The position numbers and the translations under genes were made by a program. A stretch of 64,000 nt of DNA from Macrostomum lignano (taxonomy: Eukaryota), in assembly GCA_002269645.1 (NCBI GenBank), contig NIVC01001832.1, forward strand, positions 168,591-232,590, in the 5' to 3' direction. The notes under the pieces were generated by a model. It worked only from the letters and a program-made list of their open reading frames with translations. It was not told the origin of the DNA and ran no database searches. Of the stretch, positions 13,261 to 25,964 are shown in pieces. Position 1 is the stretch's first letter; every line of letters starts with the position of its first letter.

Positions 13261-13551
13261 CGTGCGATGCTGTTGCGGTTGCTGATGCTGGTGCTCGCGG
13301 ACGCTGGCCAGAGCCTGCAGATCCGACTCGTCGTAGCCGCTGTCCCGCTCGTCTGTCGCCAACCGCTGCTGTTGCTGCGGCTGCTTTTGTTGCTGTTGTT
13401 GCTGCTTTTGCTGGTGCAGACGCGGCTGCTGCCGATGCTGCTGCATCTGCTGGCGGCGCATCTGGCGCCGCTTCAATCGGCGCTCCCAGTCGTTTAGAAG
13501 GTCGCGCACCCCAGGGTTGCCGGGGTACAGCTCCTCCAGCAGGTCTTCCAC
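12280..13551 (-). CDS. DCLK: DCLK exon 3 (low-complexity linker + kinase N-lobe to HRDLKPEN)
   Basis: [25 protein letters not shown]|gtgagc. Confidence 0.92.
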
Positions 13552-13580
13552 CTGTCAGCGGGAGATTTGCGGAACGGGTA

Positions 13581-14050
<470 letters not shown>

Positions 14051-14077
14051 TAAAAATCAGGTCTTTCTTCAACGCAC

Positions 14078-14598
14078 CTGCGCTATTTCGATTGCGTCTT
14101 CCACGCAGCCCACAAACAGGTCGTCATCGCGAAACAGATCGCCAACATCCCGGATTTCCCGTCCGGCAATTGTGAAGATCTTTTTAAGTCGTTCTCGACG
14201 ACCTCGAGAGCCGCCAAACGAGTCGGAGATGTCGGACAGAAGCTGGGCAAAGGATTGAATTCCGCGTCGGTTTAACAGCATCTTCACCACCTGGCGAGGG
14301 CGAGGACCTTCTTTAACGATTGTCACCAAGCGCGGCTGGCGCTGCACCGGCTGCTGCTGCTGCTGCTGCTGCGGTTGAAGTCGACGGGCCAGACTGAGAC
14401 TCGGCTTTTGCTTCTGCTGCTGCTGCTGCAGCTGCTGCGCCGATTGCTGCTGCTTGCCGCGCTGGTGCTTCAAATAGCGAGACGGCGGGAAGGCGTTGTA
14501 GCCAGCAAACAGCGACTGCGGCTGCGGCGGCGGCGGCGGCGGCTGCGGTCGCTGAAGCCAAGGCTGCTGCTTCTGGCTGGCTTGGGAATCCCGCCGGC
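14078..14598 (-). CDS. DCLK: DCLK exon 2 (second DCX domain)
   Basis: PRLVTIVKEGPRPRQVVKMLLNRRGIQSFAQLLSDISDSF...IFTIAGREI; cttcag acceptor, gtgcgt donor. Confidence 0.9.
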
Positions 14599-14955
14599 CT
14601 GAAGGGCGGGAAACAATTTATTTAATTGAGACCAAGAAAACACGAGCAGCTATTTTTAAAATAGGCTAAAAATAGCAGAGAAAGTATGCAGATAGGGGCG
14701 AATAATGCAGGTGCAGGACGATGAAAAACAATTTCAAAGAAAAATATTTATTGAGATATTTTTAGCAACCATCTGCAAGGGCAAGTGCGTTTTTCGGCTG
14801 AGCAGGCGTGTTCTTCCATTATCTGAGAAAATTATACAAAAATATAAAACGAGTCTACGGGAAAGATTTTAAATTACTCGTAGAAGAAAACACCTTTCCC
14901 AGAACTGATCAAGCGAAGAACTCACAGGTAACTCAATAACTAGGTTAATTATTAC

Positions 14956-15415
14956 GCTGTGATAACCAACCACAGTTTGCACTGGTTAGGCTTTGACTCC
15001 AGTCCCAGTTTAATGGGCAATAAACCAACCACAGTTTGAACTGGCTAAGCTCTGACTCCAGCCCCAGTTTAATGGGCAATAAACCAACCACAGTTTGCAC
15101 TGGCTAAGCTCTGACTCCAGCCCCAGTTAAATGGGCAATAAACCAACCACAGTTTGCACTGGTTAAGCTCTGACTCCAGTCCCAGTTTAATGGGCAATAA
15201 ACCAACCACAGTTTGCACTGGCTAAGCTATGACTCTAGCCCCAGTTTAATGGGCAATAAACCAACCACAGTTTGCACTGGCTAAGCTATGACTCCAGCCC
15301 CAGTTTAATGGGCAATAAACCAACCACAGTTTGCACTGGCTAAGCTATGACTCTAGCCCCAGTTTAATGGGCAATAAACCAACCACAGTTTGCACTGGTT
15401 AAGCTATGACCCCAG
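14956..15415. repeat. 59-bp minisatellite, about 8 copies, DCLK intron 1
   Basis: AAACCAACCACAG recurs every 59 nt. Confidence 0.9.
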
Positions 15416-15599
15416 CCGAAATCAAATAGAAATAAATAAGTCCAGTTAACAAGATATGAGCCAATAGAATTTTAATTGAGCAATAAAAGGCTACAGGACT
15501 TCGCAATTGCGGATGTACTAAATACGGTGTGCCCCTAACTCAAGCCAAAGTCCTCATTACCATTGTAAGCCAAATGAGAACTCTACATGTCGCGCTTAC

Positions 15600-16002
15600 C
15601 CCTGGCCCAAGGCGTGACCTCGGTAGCGCCATAGGTGACCGGCTTGAAAGTCTCGTTGCCGGCGCACACGTAAACTCCGCCATCTTTCAAGTCGGCAACG
15701 TCAGCAAGTCGGCGACCACTTGTCGGCGAGAACAACTGCCGGACACCGTTGGGCAGGTGCAGGTGCTGCGGCATTCTCGCTGTGAGGTCCTGCAGCAGGT
15801 CATTGTAGGACAGGTACCTATGCGGCGTTATGCTTACCTTCTTGCCCTTGAAGAAGATGTCGCCATTGCAGAATACTATAATTCGCTTCTGGCGTCGGCG
15901 CTCCTCGCGGGCTAAACGACGGGCGGCCACCGCGGCCTCGTCTGGCGGCTGCGGCGGGAACAGCCGGCTGGCGCGCCTCTGCTGGCTCATGGCTACTGAC
16001 AT
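15600..16002 (-). CDS. DCLK: DCLK exon 1 (first DCX domain); start codon uncertain (16002 or 15990)
   Basis: KRIIVFCNGDIFFKG...SYNDLLQDLT...GVRQLFSPTSGR...YVCAGNETFKPVTY; donor gtaag at 15599. Confidence 0.88.
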
Positions 16003-16102
16003 TGGGGCGGCCTGAGCGGCTGCCACAAGCAGGCGAGGAGGGAGAGAGGGTTTGGCTAAAGTTTGCAGGCTTAGTTTGTTGCTAAGATGCCTGCTATAGT
16101 AG

Positions 16103-16157
<55 letters not shown>

Positions 16158-18374
16158 AAGAATTAACGAACGCCAACTATAGAGCTGGAAGAGAATACAC
16201 CAGCAATGGCAGCAGTAAAGAAGGAACGAAGGGTAGGATGGAGCTCTGCTGAGCCCCTATAGGAGACAGCGGAAGTGCGGACACGCACGCGGTGACAAGC
16301 TAGAAGTGCCTGCGGGTTGGCTGGCTGGTTGGTTGCTGGGCAGGCGAGGAAGAGAGAGAGAGAGAGAGAGAAGGAAAGCGCGTCGTAGGGAAGAGACACC
16401 TAATGTTTAGCATTGTTATTAGCATTTGCTGCTTAGGCCGCGACTATAGCGCCCGTGGATGCAGTGGACTGGGGTTGCCACCCAGTGCACGCCGTGCAAG
16501 AGCAGCTTCAGTTAGATGATATGGCGAGTGGTCCGGACCAATGGGAGACGAACTTACGATCGGGGACAATGGATGAAGAATGGAGAAAGAAGGCCAGGCG
16601 GACAGGAAAAATAAAGTTGAAAGACTCCCTGATTTTTATTATTTAGCTATCAAAGCTATAAGTCCAACATTTGCTGGAATACAGAAATTTACGGTAATTG
16701 TTGGAAATAAGGGATGAATTCGAAACTTCACTATCTGCCGCTAGAAAAACTCTTAATTTTGAGAACTCCATCTGTCTAGGCAGAGTAGGGATTGTGAATA
16801 AAATGAGTTGAGCAGTGCAGCTCAGCTCCAGCAGCCCCAACCTGCGCTGTCAAGAAATTGGGCTTCCCTGGCAACGCTAAGCAATGAGCCGGAGCAGTGG
16901 GAATTTCTTTCCCATATAGAAATAAGTCATTACTTACAAGGCAGCTGCACGAACGCCACCACTCCCTCCCTCTTGGGATGAAGTGGGGCGACATAGCGGG
17001 GCTCATTAAGTCTATGGAGAGCCGCCCGCTTCTAAAAAGCTGTGTGAGCCTTTTTGCTTGCACTCGGGAACAGAGCGGCCACCACTGGCTGAGCTTGCAT
17101 GGCTTGCCGTCTTGTTGCAACAGGACAAGAAGAGAAAATAAGATTCTGGGCAGAGCTCGTCCGAAGCTTCATCAACATGCTCATAAGCTGCTCAAAGCAT
17201 ACAATAATATGGGAATTGCAATTAAAATCGAGTCGGAACATCTGACGAATTCAATAGATCAGGTGCTAGTACAGCAACTCAATGATCTGCCCTCCTAGCA
17301 CGAATAAATCTCCAATTAATCCTGCATTATCCGAAGCTGGCAGCCAAGATGCATACAAAATAATCAATAATTAATCCTTGCGAAACAGGAAATTAAATTT
17401 ACCTCTTCCCCATTTTTGTCAGTACGCTCGCAATGCAAGCGGAGATTCCTAGACTCCTAGAGGATCTGCTGCTCCCAGGCAGAGGCAGTAGCGGCTTGGA
17501 TCAGACTGACTGCTGCACTTTTTCATGTCCATACCTTGCTAATTTGGTAACCAGGGCCTGGAATTAGAGGTCTGTAAAAGAGTGTAAACATGAGAAACGG
17601 AGAATGAGAACGTGAGAAACTGAGAGTGTAAGCACGAGAAACTGAGGGTGAGGAAATGAGAAACTGAGGGTGTAAGTACGAGAAACGGAGAGTGAGGACA
17701 TGAGAAACTGAGAATGAGGACAGGAGAATCTGAGGGCGCAAACATTTTATTCCAAGAGCAGAGAAAAACAACTTGAAAAAAAACAGTTTTTTTAAACAAA
17801 AATGATTGCAGTCATTTCCATAAAAATTGCAATAGAAGCTTTTGCAAATATATTTCTTTGCAGAAGGAAGCAATTGCACATTGGGGTGGGGGTGGATAAA
17901 GGGAGGCTCAGAGAAATTTAGCAAAAGTAATCAAGCTCTAAAGAAGTTTTTACTGAAGCGCAGAACTAGAAATATTGTATCAAACGGTTTCGACTGTGTC
18001 ACCCCCGACCTCCTAGCTTCATTTAGAATAGAAATATTTGTATAAATTAGCTCCAGTTGCAACTAGCAAGCAACAAAACAATGGATAACAACATATTCAA
18101 TCAGTGACAGAAACGCTTACTTATAGTAGCATGTAGAACATTAAAAATACATTTAAAAAATTGCTTCTGATTTGGCAGAAAGACAAAGACAATTAGTAAA
18201 CAGTCAGAATACCATAAATAACGTCTAATGCCAATTTTAGATCAAGTGGGAGTCCTCACTTAATTTCTCACCTCCTCATCCTTGGGTCAAGAAGCGGTGA
18301 CCCAGAGTCGGTTTAGAAAATGAGACCATCTCAATCTATTCTAACTGCTCCATTTCCCGATCATTCTCCCTTAT

Positions 18375-20340
18375 TTTCATCTCATTCTCCTATCTCCCTC
18401 TCATTCTCCAATATCTCTATCTCATTCTCCAATATCTCTATCTCAATCTCCAATATCTCTATCTCATTCTCCAATATCTCTATCTCATTCTCCAATATCT
18501 CAATCTCAATCTCCAATATCTCTATCTCATTCTCCAATATCTCTATCTCATTCTCCAATATCTCTATCTCATTCTCCAATATATCTATCTCATTCTCCAA
18601 TATCTCTATCTCATTCTCCAATATCTCTATCTCATTCTCCAATATCTCAATCTCAATCTCCAATATCTCTATCTCAATCTCCAATATATCTATCTCATTC
18701 TCCAATATATCTATCTCATTCTCCAATATCTCTATCTCATTCTCCAATATCTCTATCTCAATCTCCAATATATCTATCTCATTCTCCAATATATCTATCT
18801 CATTCTCCAATATCTCAATCTCAATCTCCAATATCTCTATCTCATTCTCCAATATCTCTATCTCATTCTCCAATATCTCTATCTCAATCTCCAATATATC
18901 TATCTCAATCTCCAATATATCTATCTCATTCTCCAATATCTCTATCTCATTCTCCAATATATCTATCTCATTCTCCAATATCTCCATCTCATTCTCCAAT
19001 ATCTCTATCTCAATCTCCAATATATCTATCTCATTCTCCAATATATCTATCTCATTCTCCAATATCTCAATCTCAATCTCCAATATCTCTATCTCATTCT
19101 CCAATATCTCTATCTCATTCTCCAATATCTCTATCTCAATCTCCAATATATCTATCTCATTCTCCAATATATCTATCTCATTCTCCAATATCTCAATCTC
19201 AATCTCCAATATCTCTATCTCAATCTCCAATATCTCTATCTCATTCTCCAATATATCTATCTCATTCTCCAATATCTCTATCTCTATCTCATTCTCCAAT
19301 ATCTCTATCTCAATCTCCAATATATCTATCTCATTCTCCAATATATCTATCTCATTCTCCAATATCTCAATCTCAATCTCCAATATCTCTATCTCATTCT
19401 CCAATATCTCTATCTCATTCTCCAATATCTCTATCTCAATCTCCAATATATCTATCTCAATCTCCAATATATCTATCTCATTCTCCAATATATCTATCTC
19501 ATTCTCCAATATATCTATCTCATTCTCCAATATCTCTATCTCATTCTCCAATATCTCTATCTCAATCTCCAATATCTCTATCTCATTCTCCAATATATCT
19601 ATCTCATTCTCCAATATCTCTATCTCATTCTCCAATATCTCTATCTCAATCTCCAATATATCTATCTCAATCTCCAATATATCTATCTCATTCTCCAATA
19701 TATCTATCTCATTCTCCAATATCTCTATCTCATTCTCCAATATCTCTATCTCAATCTCCAATATCTCTATCTCATTCTCCAATATATCTATCTCATTCTC
19801 CAATATCTCTATCTCATTCTCCAATATCTCTATCTCAATCTCCAATATATCTATCTCATTCTCCAATATATCTATCTCATTCTCCAATATCTCAATCTCA
19901 ATCTCCAATATCTCTATCTCATTCTCCAATATATCTATCTCATTCTCCAATATCTCAATCTCAATCTCCAATATCTCTATCTCATTCTCCAATATCTCTA
20001 TCTCATTCTCCAATATCTCTATCTCAATCTCCAATATATCTATCTCAATCTCCAATATATCTATCTCATTCTCCAATATATCTATCTCATTCTCCAATAT
20101 CTCTATCTCATTCTCCAATATCTCTATCTCAATCTCCAATATCTCTATCTCATTCTCCAATATCTCTATCTCATTCTCCAATATCTCTATCTCAATCTCC
20201 AATATCTCTATCTCATTCTCCAATATCTCTATCTCATTCTCCAATATCTCTATCTCATTCTCCAATATCTCTATCTCAATCTCCAATATCTCTATCTCAT
20301 TCTCCAATATCTCTATCTCATTCTCCCCTATTTTCCTCTC
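18375..20340. repeat. 2-kb 21-bp-based satellite (TCTCCAATATCTCTATCTCAW), intergenic
   Basis: Direct tandem copies; produces spurious ENEIEIL/SISFSNI ORFs. Confidence 0.93.
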
Positions 20341-20634
20341 ATTCTCCCTCATCTCCATCTCATTCTTCTTTATCTCCCTCTCATTCTCTCCTATCTTTCA
20401 CCTATTCTCCCTTATCTTCCTCTCATTCTCTCCTATCTCCCTCTCATTCTACCCTATCTCCTTCTTGTTTTACCTTATATATTATTCTTATTCTCCCGCA
20501 TCCTCTCTTAGCAGAACAAAATTTGAACGACTAATATACACGACTCTGCATCCTCGCTCAAAAACAGCTTTATACACATAATAGATTCGTTCGAGCAGTT
20601 AGAGAGCCGCAGGTCTAAGTCGGAGTTACAAAGC

Positions 20635-21771
20635 TCAATCGGGCAGCTGTTTGACAGCTGAGGACGCGGGCTTGCCTTTCCTAGCCGTCTCAGCGTACTT
20701 GTGCCCGAATATCATGACCGCCTTCTGCTGCTCGGACATCGGCCGCGGCTCCCGCATGGGCTGGAACGGCGTCTGGTCTCGGAACGGGCGAGGAATCTTC
20801 AGCTTCTGCTTCAGCACCTGCTGGATGATGTCCCTAGAGACGCGCTGTTTAATTTCGACGGCCAAATCTTGCCAGGTGAAATTGCGATTAGAAATCTCAA
20901 TAGGCGGACTGAGAATCTCATAGTCCGTCAGGTTGATGATGGACCGGTCCTTCTCGCCCTTGTAGGACAGGATGATGGGCACGGGGAACACGCGGACACT
21001 GTAGAATGTGTGCGTCTCGGCCGCGCGCATCCGCATCGTCTCGAACATGTCCGCCGCCGTGGCACCGGCGCCTGATGCGCCACCTCCGCCTCCGCCGCCT
21101 CCGCCGCCGCTGCTGCCGACACCGCCGCCGCTGACAACTCCGCCAACGGCGCCGCCGCTGACCCCGCCGACGACACTGTTGCCGCTGCTGCCGCCGCCTC
21201 CGCGAAGACGCTGAGCGGCCACAACCGCGCTGCTGGTGCCGCCGACTGGGCCGGGCTGGCTACCGCCGCCGTTGCCACCGACGCTGCCGCTGTAGTTGCC
21301 GCTTGTTGTTGAACTTCCGCCGCCGCCGCCGCCGGTGGCGCCCACGCCGACGATGTTGGCGTTGCTGCTGCCGCTGGCGAGGCTGCCGCCGCCTCCGGTG
21401 CCGCTGGCGCTACCGCCGCCTCCGCCGCTTTCAGTGTCGAACAGGAAGTCCTTGATCTCCTTATAGAAACTCTTTGTTACGTTCAGCTTCAGCCGGTCGA
21501 TCTGCACCTCCAGGCTCTGCTTGACGCTGATGCCAGTGATTGGCGGCAGTTCAACGCAGTCGACGCGCAGAAACGGCTGCTGCTGGCTGTCCGCTTCCGC
21601 GTCCGCAGCTGCCGCCGCTGCCGCCGCCGCTGTCGCTGCCGAAGATGAAGACGCGTCGGCGCCTCCTCCGGAGGCCTCCGCGTTGCCGCCAGCGCCGTCG
21701 GGCAGAGCGGGCGGCCGGCGCCAGTGGGTTGGCGAGACAACGTCGACACAACCATTAGCGGTGTCTTGCAC
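20635..21771 (-). CDS. BLTP2: BLTP2 last exon (C-terminal region, Gly/Ser-rich loop)
   Basis: ctgcag|GTG; QIDRLKLNVTKSFYKEIKDFLF...SYKGEK...NFTWQDLAVEIK; TGA 20635. Confidence 0.9.
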   Translation of the reverse strand: MQDTANGCVDVVSPTHWRRPPALPDGAGGNAEASGGGADASSSSAATAAAAAAAAADAEADSQQQPFLRVDCVELPPITGISVKQSLEVQIDRLKLNVTKSFYKEIKDFLFDTESGGGGGSASGTGGGGSLASGSSNANIVGVGATGGGGGGSSTTSGNYSGSVGGNGGGSQPGPVGGTSSAVVAAQRLRGGGGSSGNSVVGGVSGGAVGGVVSGGGVGSSGGGGGGGGGGASGAGATAADMFETMRMRAAETHTFYSVRVFPVPIILSYKGEKDRSIINLTDYEILSPPIEISNRNFTWQDLAVEIKQRVSRDIIQQVLKQKLKIPRPFRDQTPFQPMREPRPMSEQQKAVMIFGHKYAETARKGKPASSAVKQLPD

Positions 21772-22208
21772 CTGCAGGGCGATGAAGATCAAAGCAAATT
21801 AAAATTGAATATTTTCGATACATATCGGCTGATGATGAAAATATACTATGAGTTTTTGTGCATTTCGGTTATAATGCGAATTTTTCATTGAGAGATATTG
21901 TGATATATAATTTTCGATACATATCGGCTAATTTAAAAGATGATATGAATACTACGCATTTATGTATTCCCCAAACTTAAAGCCTGTATAATAAATTTCG
22001 ATACATATCGTGAGAACAGAGAAGGTGCATCGAATTGTCAAATTTTATAACAAAAATACTATTATAATTCCGAAACATATCGCCTAAGTAAAATTCTGCC
22101 CCGTAAACCCAGATTTTATTTCCATTCTATAGCAGTTACCTAAAATAATTATTTTCGATACATATCGGCTATTCCAATAAATCATATCCATTGAAAGAAG
22201 GCTCTCAC

Positions 22209-22576
22209 CTGCAGATAGCCCAGCTCGATGTGATGCGCCCCGCTATAATCGGCCTTAAACGTGCGCGTGTACAGAAAATCTTTTAAAATAACTTTGGCGA
22301 AGTCCAGCTGGCCGGCCTCCTTAGTCAGCACGCAGGTGGCGTCCTCGAAGCAGATCTCGTTTCGCCGGATCATTCGCTCCTGCTTGCTCTGATTGCGCCT
22401 GCCGTGCCGGCCCAGCTGCGACACCTGGTAGACGTTGATGCGCAGCGCCAGCACCGCGGACCGGTCCTGGATCTTCTCCTTGACCGCGGCGGCGCGGGCC
22501 TCCAGGTCGCGAAGGAGTTCGTCGCCACGACGGGTTGGAGAGGCGGCCTCTTTGAGTAGGCGGTAGATGTCCTTCT
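22209..22576 (-). CDS. BLTP2: BLTP2 exon 19
   Basis: RRNEICFEDATCVLTKEAGQLDFAKVILKDFLY...HHIELGYLQ|gtgaga. Confidence 0.85.
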
Positions 22577-22639
22577 CTGCTCGGGTTGGGGGAGTCGATT
22601 TAAACAAAGTTACAAAGAACTAGTATTGGAAAAAAAAGT

Positions 22640-22805
22640 TATTGACTGACAAAGACCTGAAATCGCAAATTAGTTACTGACAGACAAAGACCTGAATTTG
22701 CAGCGATCAGCTACTGACAGACAAAGACCTGATTTTGCAGCGATCAGCTATTGTCAGACAAAGACCTGAATATGCTGCAATCAGCTACTGTCAGACAAAG
22801 ACCTG
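22640..22805. repeat. About 40-bp degenerate repeat (GACAGACAAAGACCTGAA...)
   Basis: 4-5 copies. Confidence 0.7.
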
Positions 22806-22838
22806 ATTAAGAAGTACACAAGCAAGCACACAGCGTAC

Positions 22839-23292
22839 CAATGTCGCGCTGGTCCTGCATAAGATTTCGCAGCTCCTCCTGATCGGACAGAATCAGCTCG
22901 CGCTGATGCTCTGGCGGTTTCACAAATAGCGCCCATTTCAGAGTCTGCAGCCGCTCCATCAGCTCTTTACGTTTTGGTTCAACGTAGAACAGCAGATTCT
23001 GAATGAGATCGATTGCCCGCTCCCACTGCTGGGAATTGGCGCAGGCCGCTATGGTGTGATGCCACAGTGTAAAGGTGGTCACGCCTTCCTCATTAGTGAA
23101 CACCGGATCCTCGGCCGCCGGCCCAATGATTGACAGGTGCGCCATCTCGCTGGGATCGCCGGGCGTGTAGCTGGCGTAGCGAATGTCGCAGCGGCAGCGG
23201 GACACGATGCGCTGCAGGTTGTCGCCGGAGCCGACCCGGTCAGACACGATGCCGCCGACGCGGGGCCCGGCGCCGACCACGTCTGGGCATCC
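22839..23292 (-). CDS. BLTP2: BLTP2 exon 18
   Basis: LQRIVSRCRCDIRYASY...NSQQWERAIDLIQNLLFYVEPKRKE. Confidence 0.87.
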
Positions 23293-23424
23293 CTGGGAGA
23301 GGCGGCAACGGCAATTTTTTAATACCAACGGTTAACATAATTTTACTTTTTTCTGCATTAAGAACCACTTGATGTAATGGTTTTATACAAAATTAGAAGT
23401 TACTCTTTGCTATCTACTCGCCTC

Positions 23425-23885
23425 GCTTAATTCTCTCCCTCCTCTCTTCTCTCCCGGCTCTTCCCTCCTCTCTTCTCTCCCTGCTCTTCCCCTCCTCTCT
23501 TCTCTCCCTGCTCTTCCCTCCTCTCTTCTCTCCCTGCTCTTCCCCTCCTCTCTTCTCTCCCTGCTCTTCCCTTCTCTCTGCTCTCGCCTCCTCTCTTCCC
23601 TCCCCTCCTCTCTTTTCTCCCGGCTCTTCCCTCCTCTCTTCTCTCCCGGCTCTTCCACTCCTCTCTTCTCTCCCGGCTCTTCCCCTCCTCTCTTCTCTCC
23701 TCTTTCCCCCTGTTATTCCCTTCCTCTCTTCTCCTCTGCTCTCTTCTCTCATCGCTCTCCCTCTCCTCTCCCTCTCTACTCACTTCTTTCCCTTCTCTTT
23801 TCTCTTTCCTTTCGCCCTACCTTCTCTAATCCTCTACTTCCTCCCTCTACTTTTCTCTACCTTTCTCTCCTTTCTCTCCCGCCTT
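23425..23885. repeat. Pyrimidine-rich (CT) minisatellite
   Basis: CCTCTCTTCTCTCCC units. Confidence 0.85.
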
Positions 23886-23949
23886 CTCTCTCCACCACCT
23901 CGCTGCCACTTAGAGCGGCACAAAAGCCAATAAAAAATCACGCGCAAAC

Positions 23950-24891
23950 CTTCAGCTCGTCCTCCAGTCCAACGCGATTGCCTCGAACGATAGCCTCAGG
24001 CAGCCACCTCTCCTCGGCTTGGCCGCGACCAACAGTGCTGAAATACTGCATGCCGATGAGGTCGCCTGTGACAGTGGACTTACTCAGCAGCTCCTCGCCC
24101 CGCCACACGGGCTGGCACTGAGCCAGGCTCAGGCAGGTCCGATCAGCGCACACAATCAAATAGCCGGGCGTATTGGGCGACTTCAATAACAATTGAAGAT
24201 TGAGCAGATCAACCCGAAGCTGGCATTCCAGCACGTCCTTGATGCTGCACAAGGCGTGTCCGTGCAGGCAGCGGCCGATGTCCCTGGCTTGGCCAGTCTG
24301 GTCCGAGCTGACGTTAATATTGAGCTCGTGCTCGCGCTCGTAGGCCAGGCGGCTTAGCAGGGCTTCGAAATCGTAGCCAGCGTCGGCCGCCGCCGCCGAA
24401 CCGGAAGCGGAACCGGAAGTGGCCGCGGCGGAAGCGGACGCCGAGCCGGAGGCGCTAGCGGGAGCGGCAGTCGAATTCGCGGGGGTAGAAGTGGAGATTG
24501 GAGCCGCCGCCGCCGCCGCCGGATTCTGAGTAGGCGTTGATGACGCCGACGGAGGCTGGTGAGCGGCTCGATAATCCCAGCTGCGGTGCTGCTTTACTGA
24601 GGATGTTCGCCTGTGCTGCTCCTGCTGCTGCTGCTGCTGCTGCTGTTGCTGTTGCTGCTGCTGGCGCTGCTGCTGGCGCTGCCGCTGCTGCACAGAGGGA
24701 TCCCCGGCCGCCCGGGCCGCCTCTCCCTCTAGCAGGACTTTGAGCTGAGTAGGCATGGGAGCGGACAGATTCTTGCGCAACTCCATCGCGTCCTGGTAGA
24801 TGTTGATCAGGCCGAATATGTGATTTCGAATCTCTAAGGTCCAGCGAACTTTCAAATCCTTCACGAACACGTTGTGCTTGGCTGTTAGTCT
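23950..24891 (-). CDS. BLTP2: BLTP2 exon 17
   Basis: HNVFVKDLKVRWT...VDLLNLQLLLKSPNTPGYLIV...MQYFSTV. Confidence 0.87.
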
Positions 24892-25964
24892 CTGCGGAGA
24901 GGCGGTTGTTGCCGACGGATTAACAGAGCTCTGCTAACTGAAGCCATGAGGACTGGCTAATGGTGCCACGTGAGGATATACAAGCGATAGAAGTGTTTAT
25001 TTGCTTTTACAATATTTTACTAAAGTTTTGTGATTAATAATAATGACAAATTCTATGGGAGCACATTTAACCGATGGAAAATATCCATAGAGGGGGCAAC
25101 CACATGGGGACAATATCCATAGAGGGGGCAACCACATGGGGACAAAATGCATAGGGGGGCAACCACATGGGGACAATATCGATAAGCGGGGGCAACCATA
25201 TGGGGACAAAATCCATAAGCGGGGGCAACCATATGGGGACAATATCCATAAGCGGGGGCAACCATATGGGGACAAAATCCATAGAGGGGGCAACCACATG
25301 GGGACAATATCCATAGAGGGGGCAACCACATGGGGACAATATCCATAGAGGGGGCAACCATATGGGGACAATATCCATAGAAGGGGCAACGGGCAACCAC
25401 ATGGGGACAATATCCATAAGCGGGGGCATCCATATGGGGACAATATCGCTCGCACGGGCGTATTTAGCATGCCAGTGAAGTATGAGACAGACCAGGACTA
25501 TGGGCTAAGGTCTGCGATGCTTCACGCCTGCCCCTATTTTCAGCAGGTCAAGGCTGGTGGGACGTCTGCACCCTCTATTTGCCTCTGGCAGCCGCAGACC
25601 CCCCCCCCACGCTGTCTCGCAAGTCGACCCAGGGTACTCGTCCCCGCGTGTGTTCAAGGCAGACCCTAGGGCTGCTGGACAGACTGGGCTCCGGCGCTGG
25701 TGACCCATCCAGTGGCTTTTGCCGAACTTGGGTATGCGGGTCTGGCTGCCAGTCCGCAGGACGTGGTACTGCTTAACGTACCCTCTAATGCCTAAGGTGT
25801 TTGACCGTGCCGATGGGCTGGAAGGCCGGGGAGTAGTCCGGTCGCAAGTGGTCCCCCTCCTGGTGTCGGGCCAGCCTTGAGGGTTCTCTTGGCCTACTGC
25901 CCAGTCAGGTGGAGCGGCCGGGTGGGTACCGCGCCCCTTCGAGGGTAGCCCACCAACCTTTATC

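Noticed and set aside
12307-13497. Long plus-strand ORFs opposite GC-rich exons (also 20701-21075, 41042-41620, 54431-55234)
   Set aside because: Antisense shadows of GC-rich coding sequence
16897-17298. 133-aa plus-strand ORF upstream of DCLK
   Set aside because: No domain, splice support or codon-bias signal that I can recognise
18320-20581. 753-aa and 658-aa ORFs (SISFSNI / ENEIEIL repeats)
   Set aside because: Both strands are open only because the 21-bp satellite unit lacks stops; no splice context or domain
21816-22167. CRISPR array call for the interspaced palindromes
   Set aside because: The core is only 12 bp, spacer lengths vary and are partly related, there are no cas genes, and the context is a eukaryotic intron
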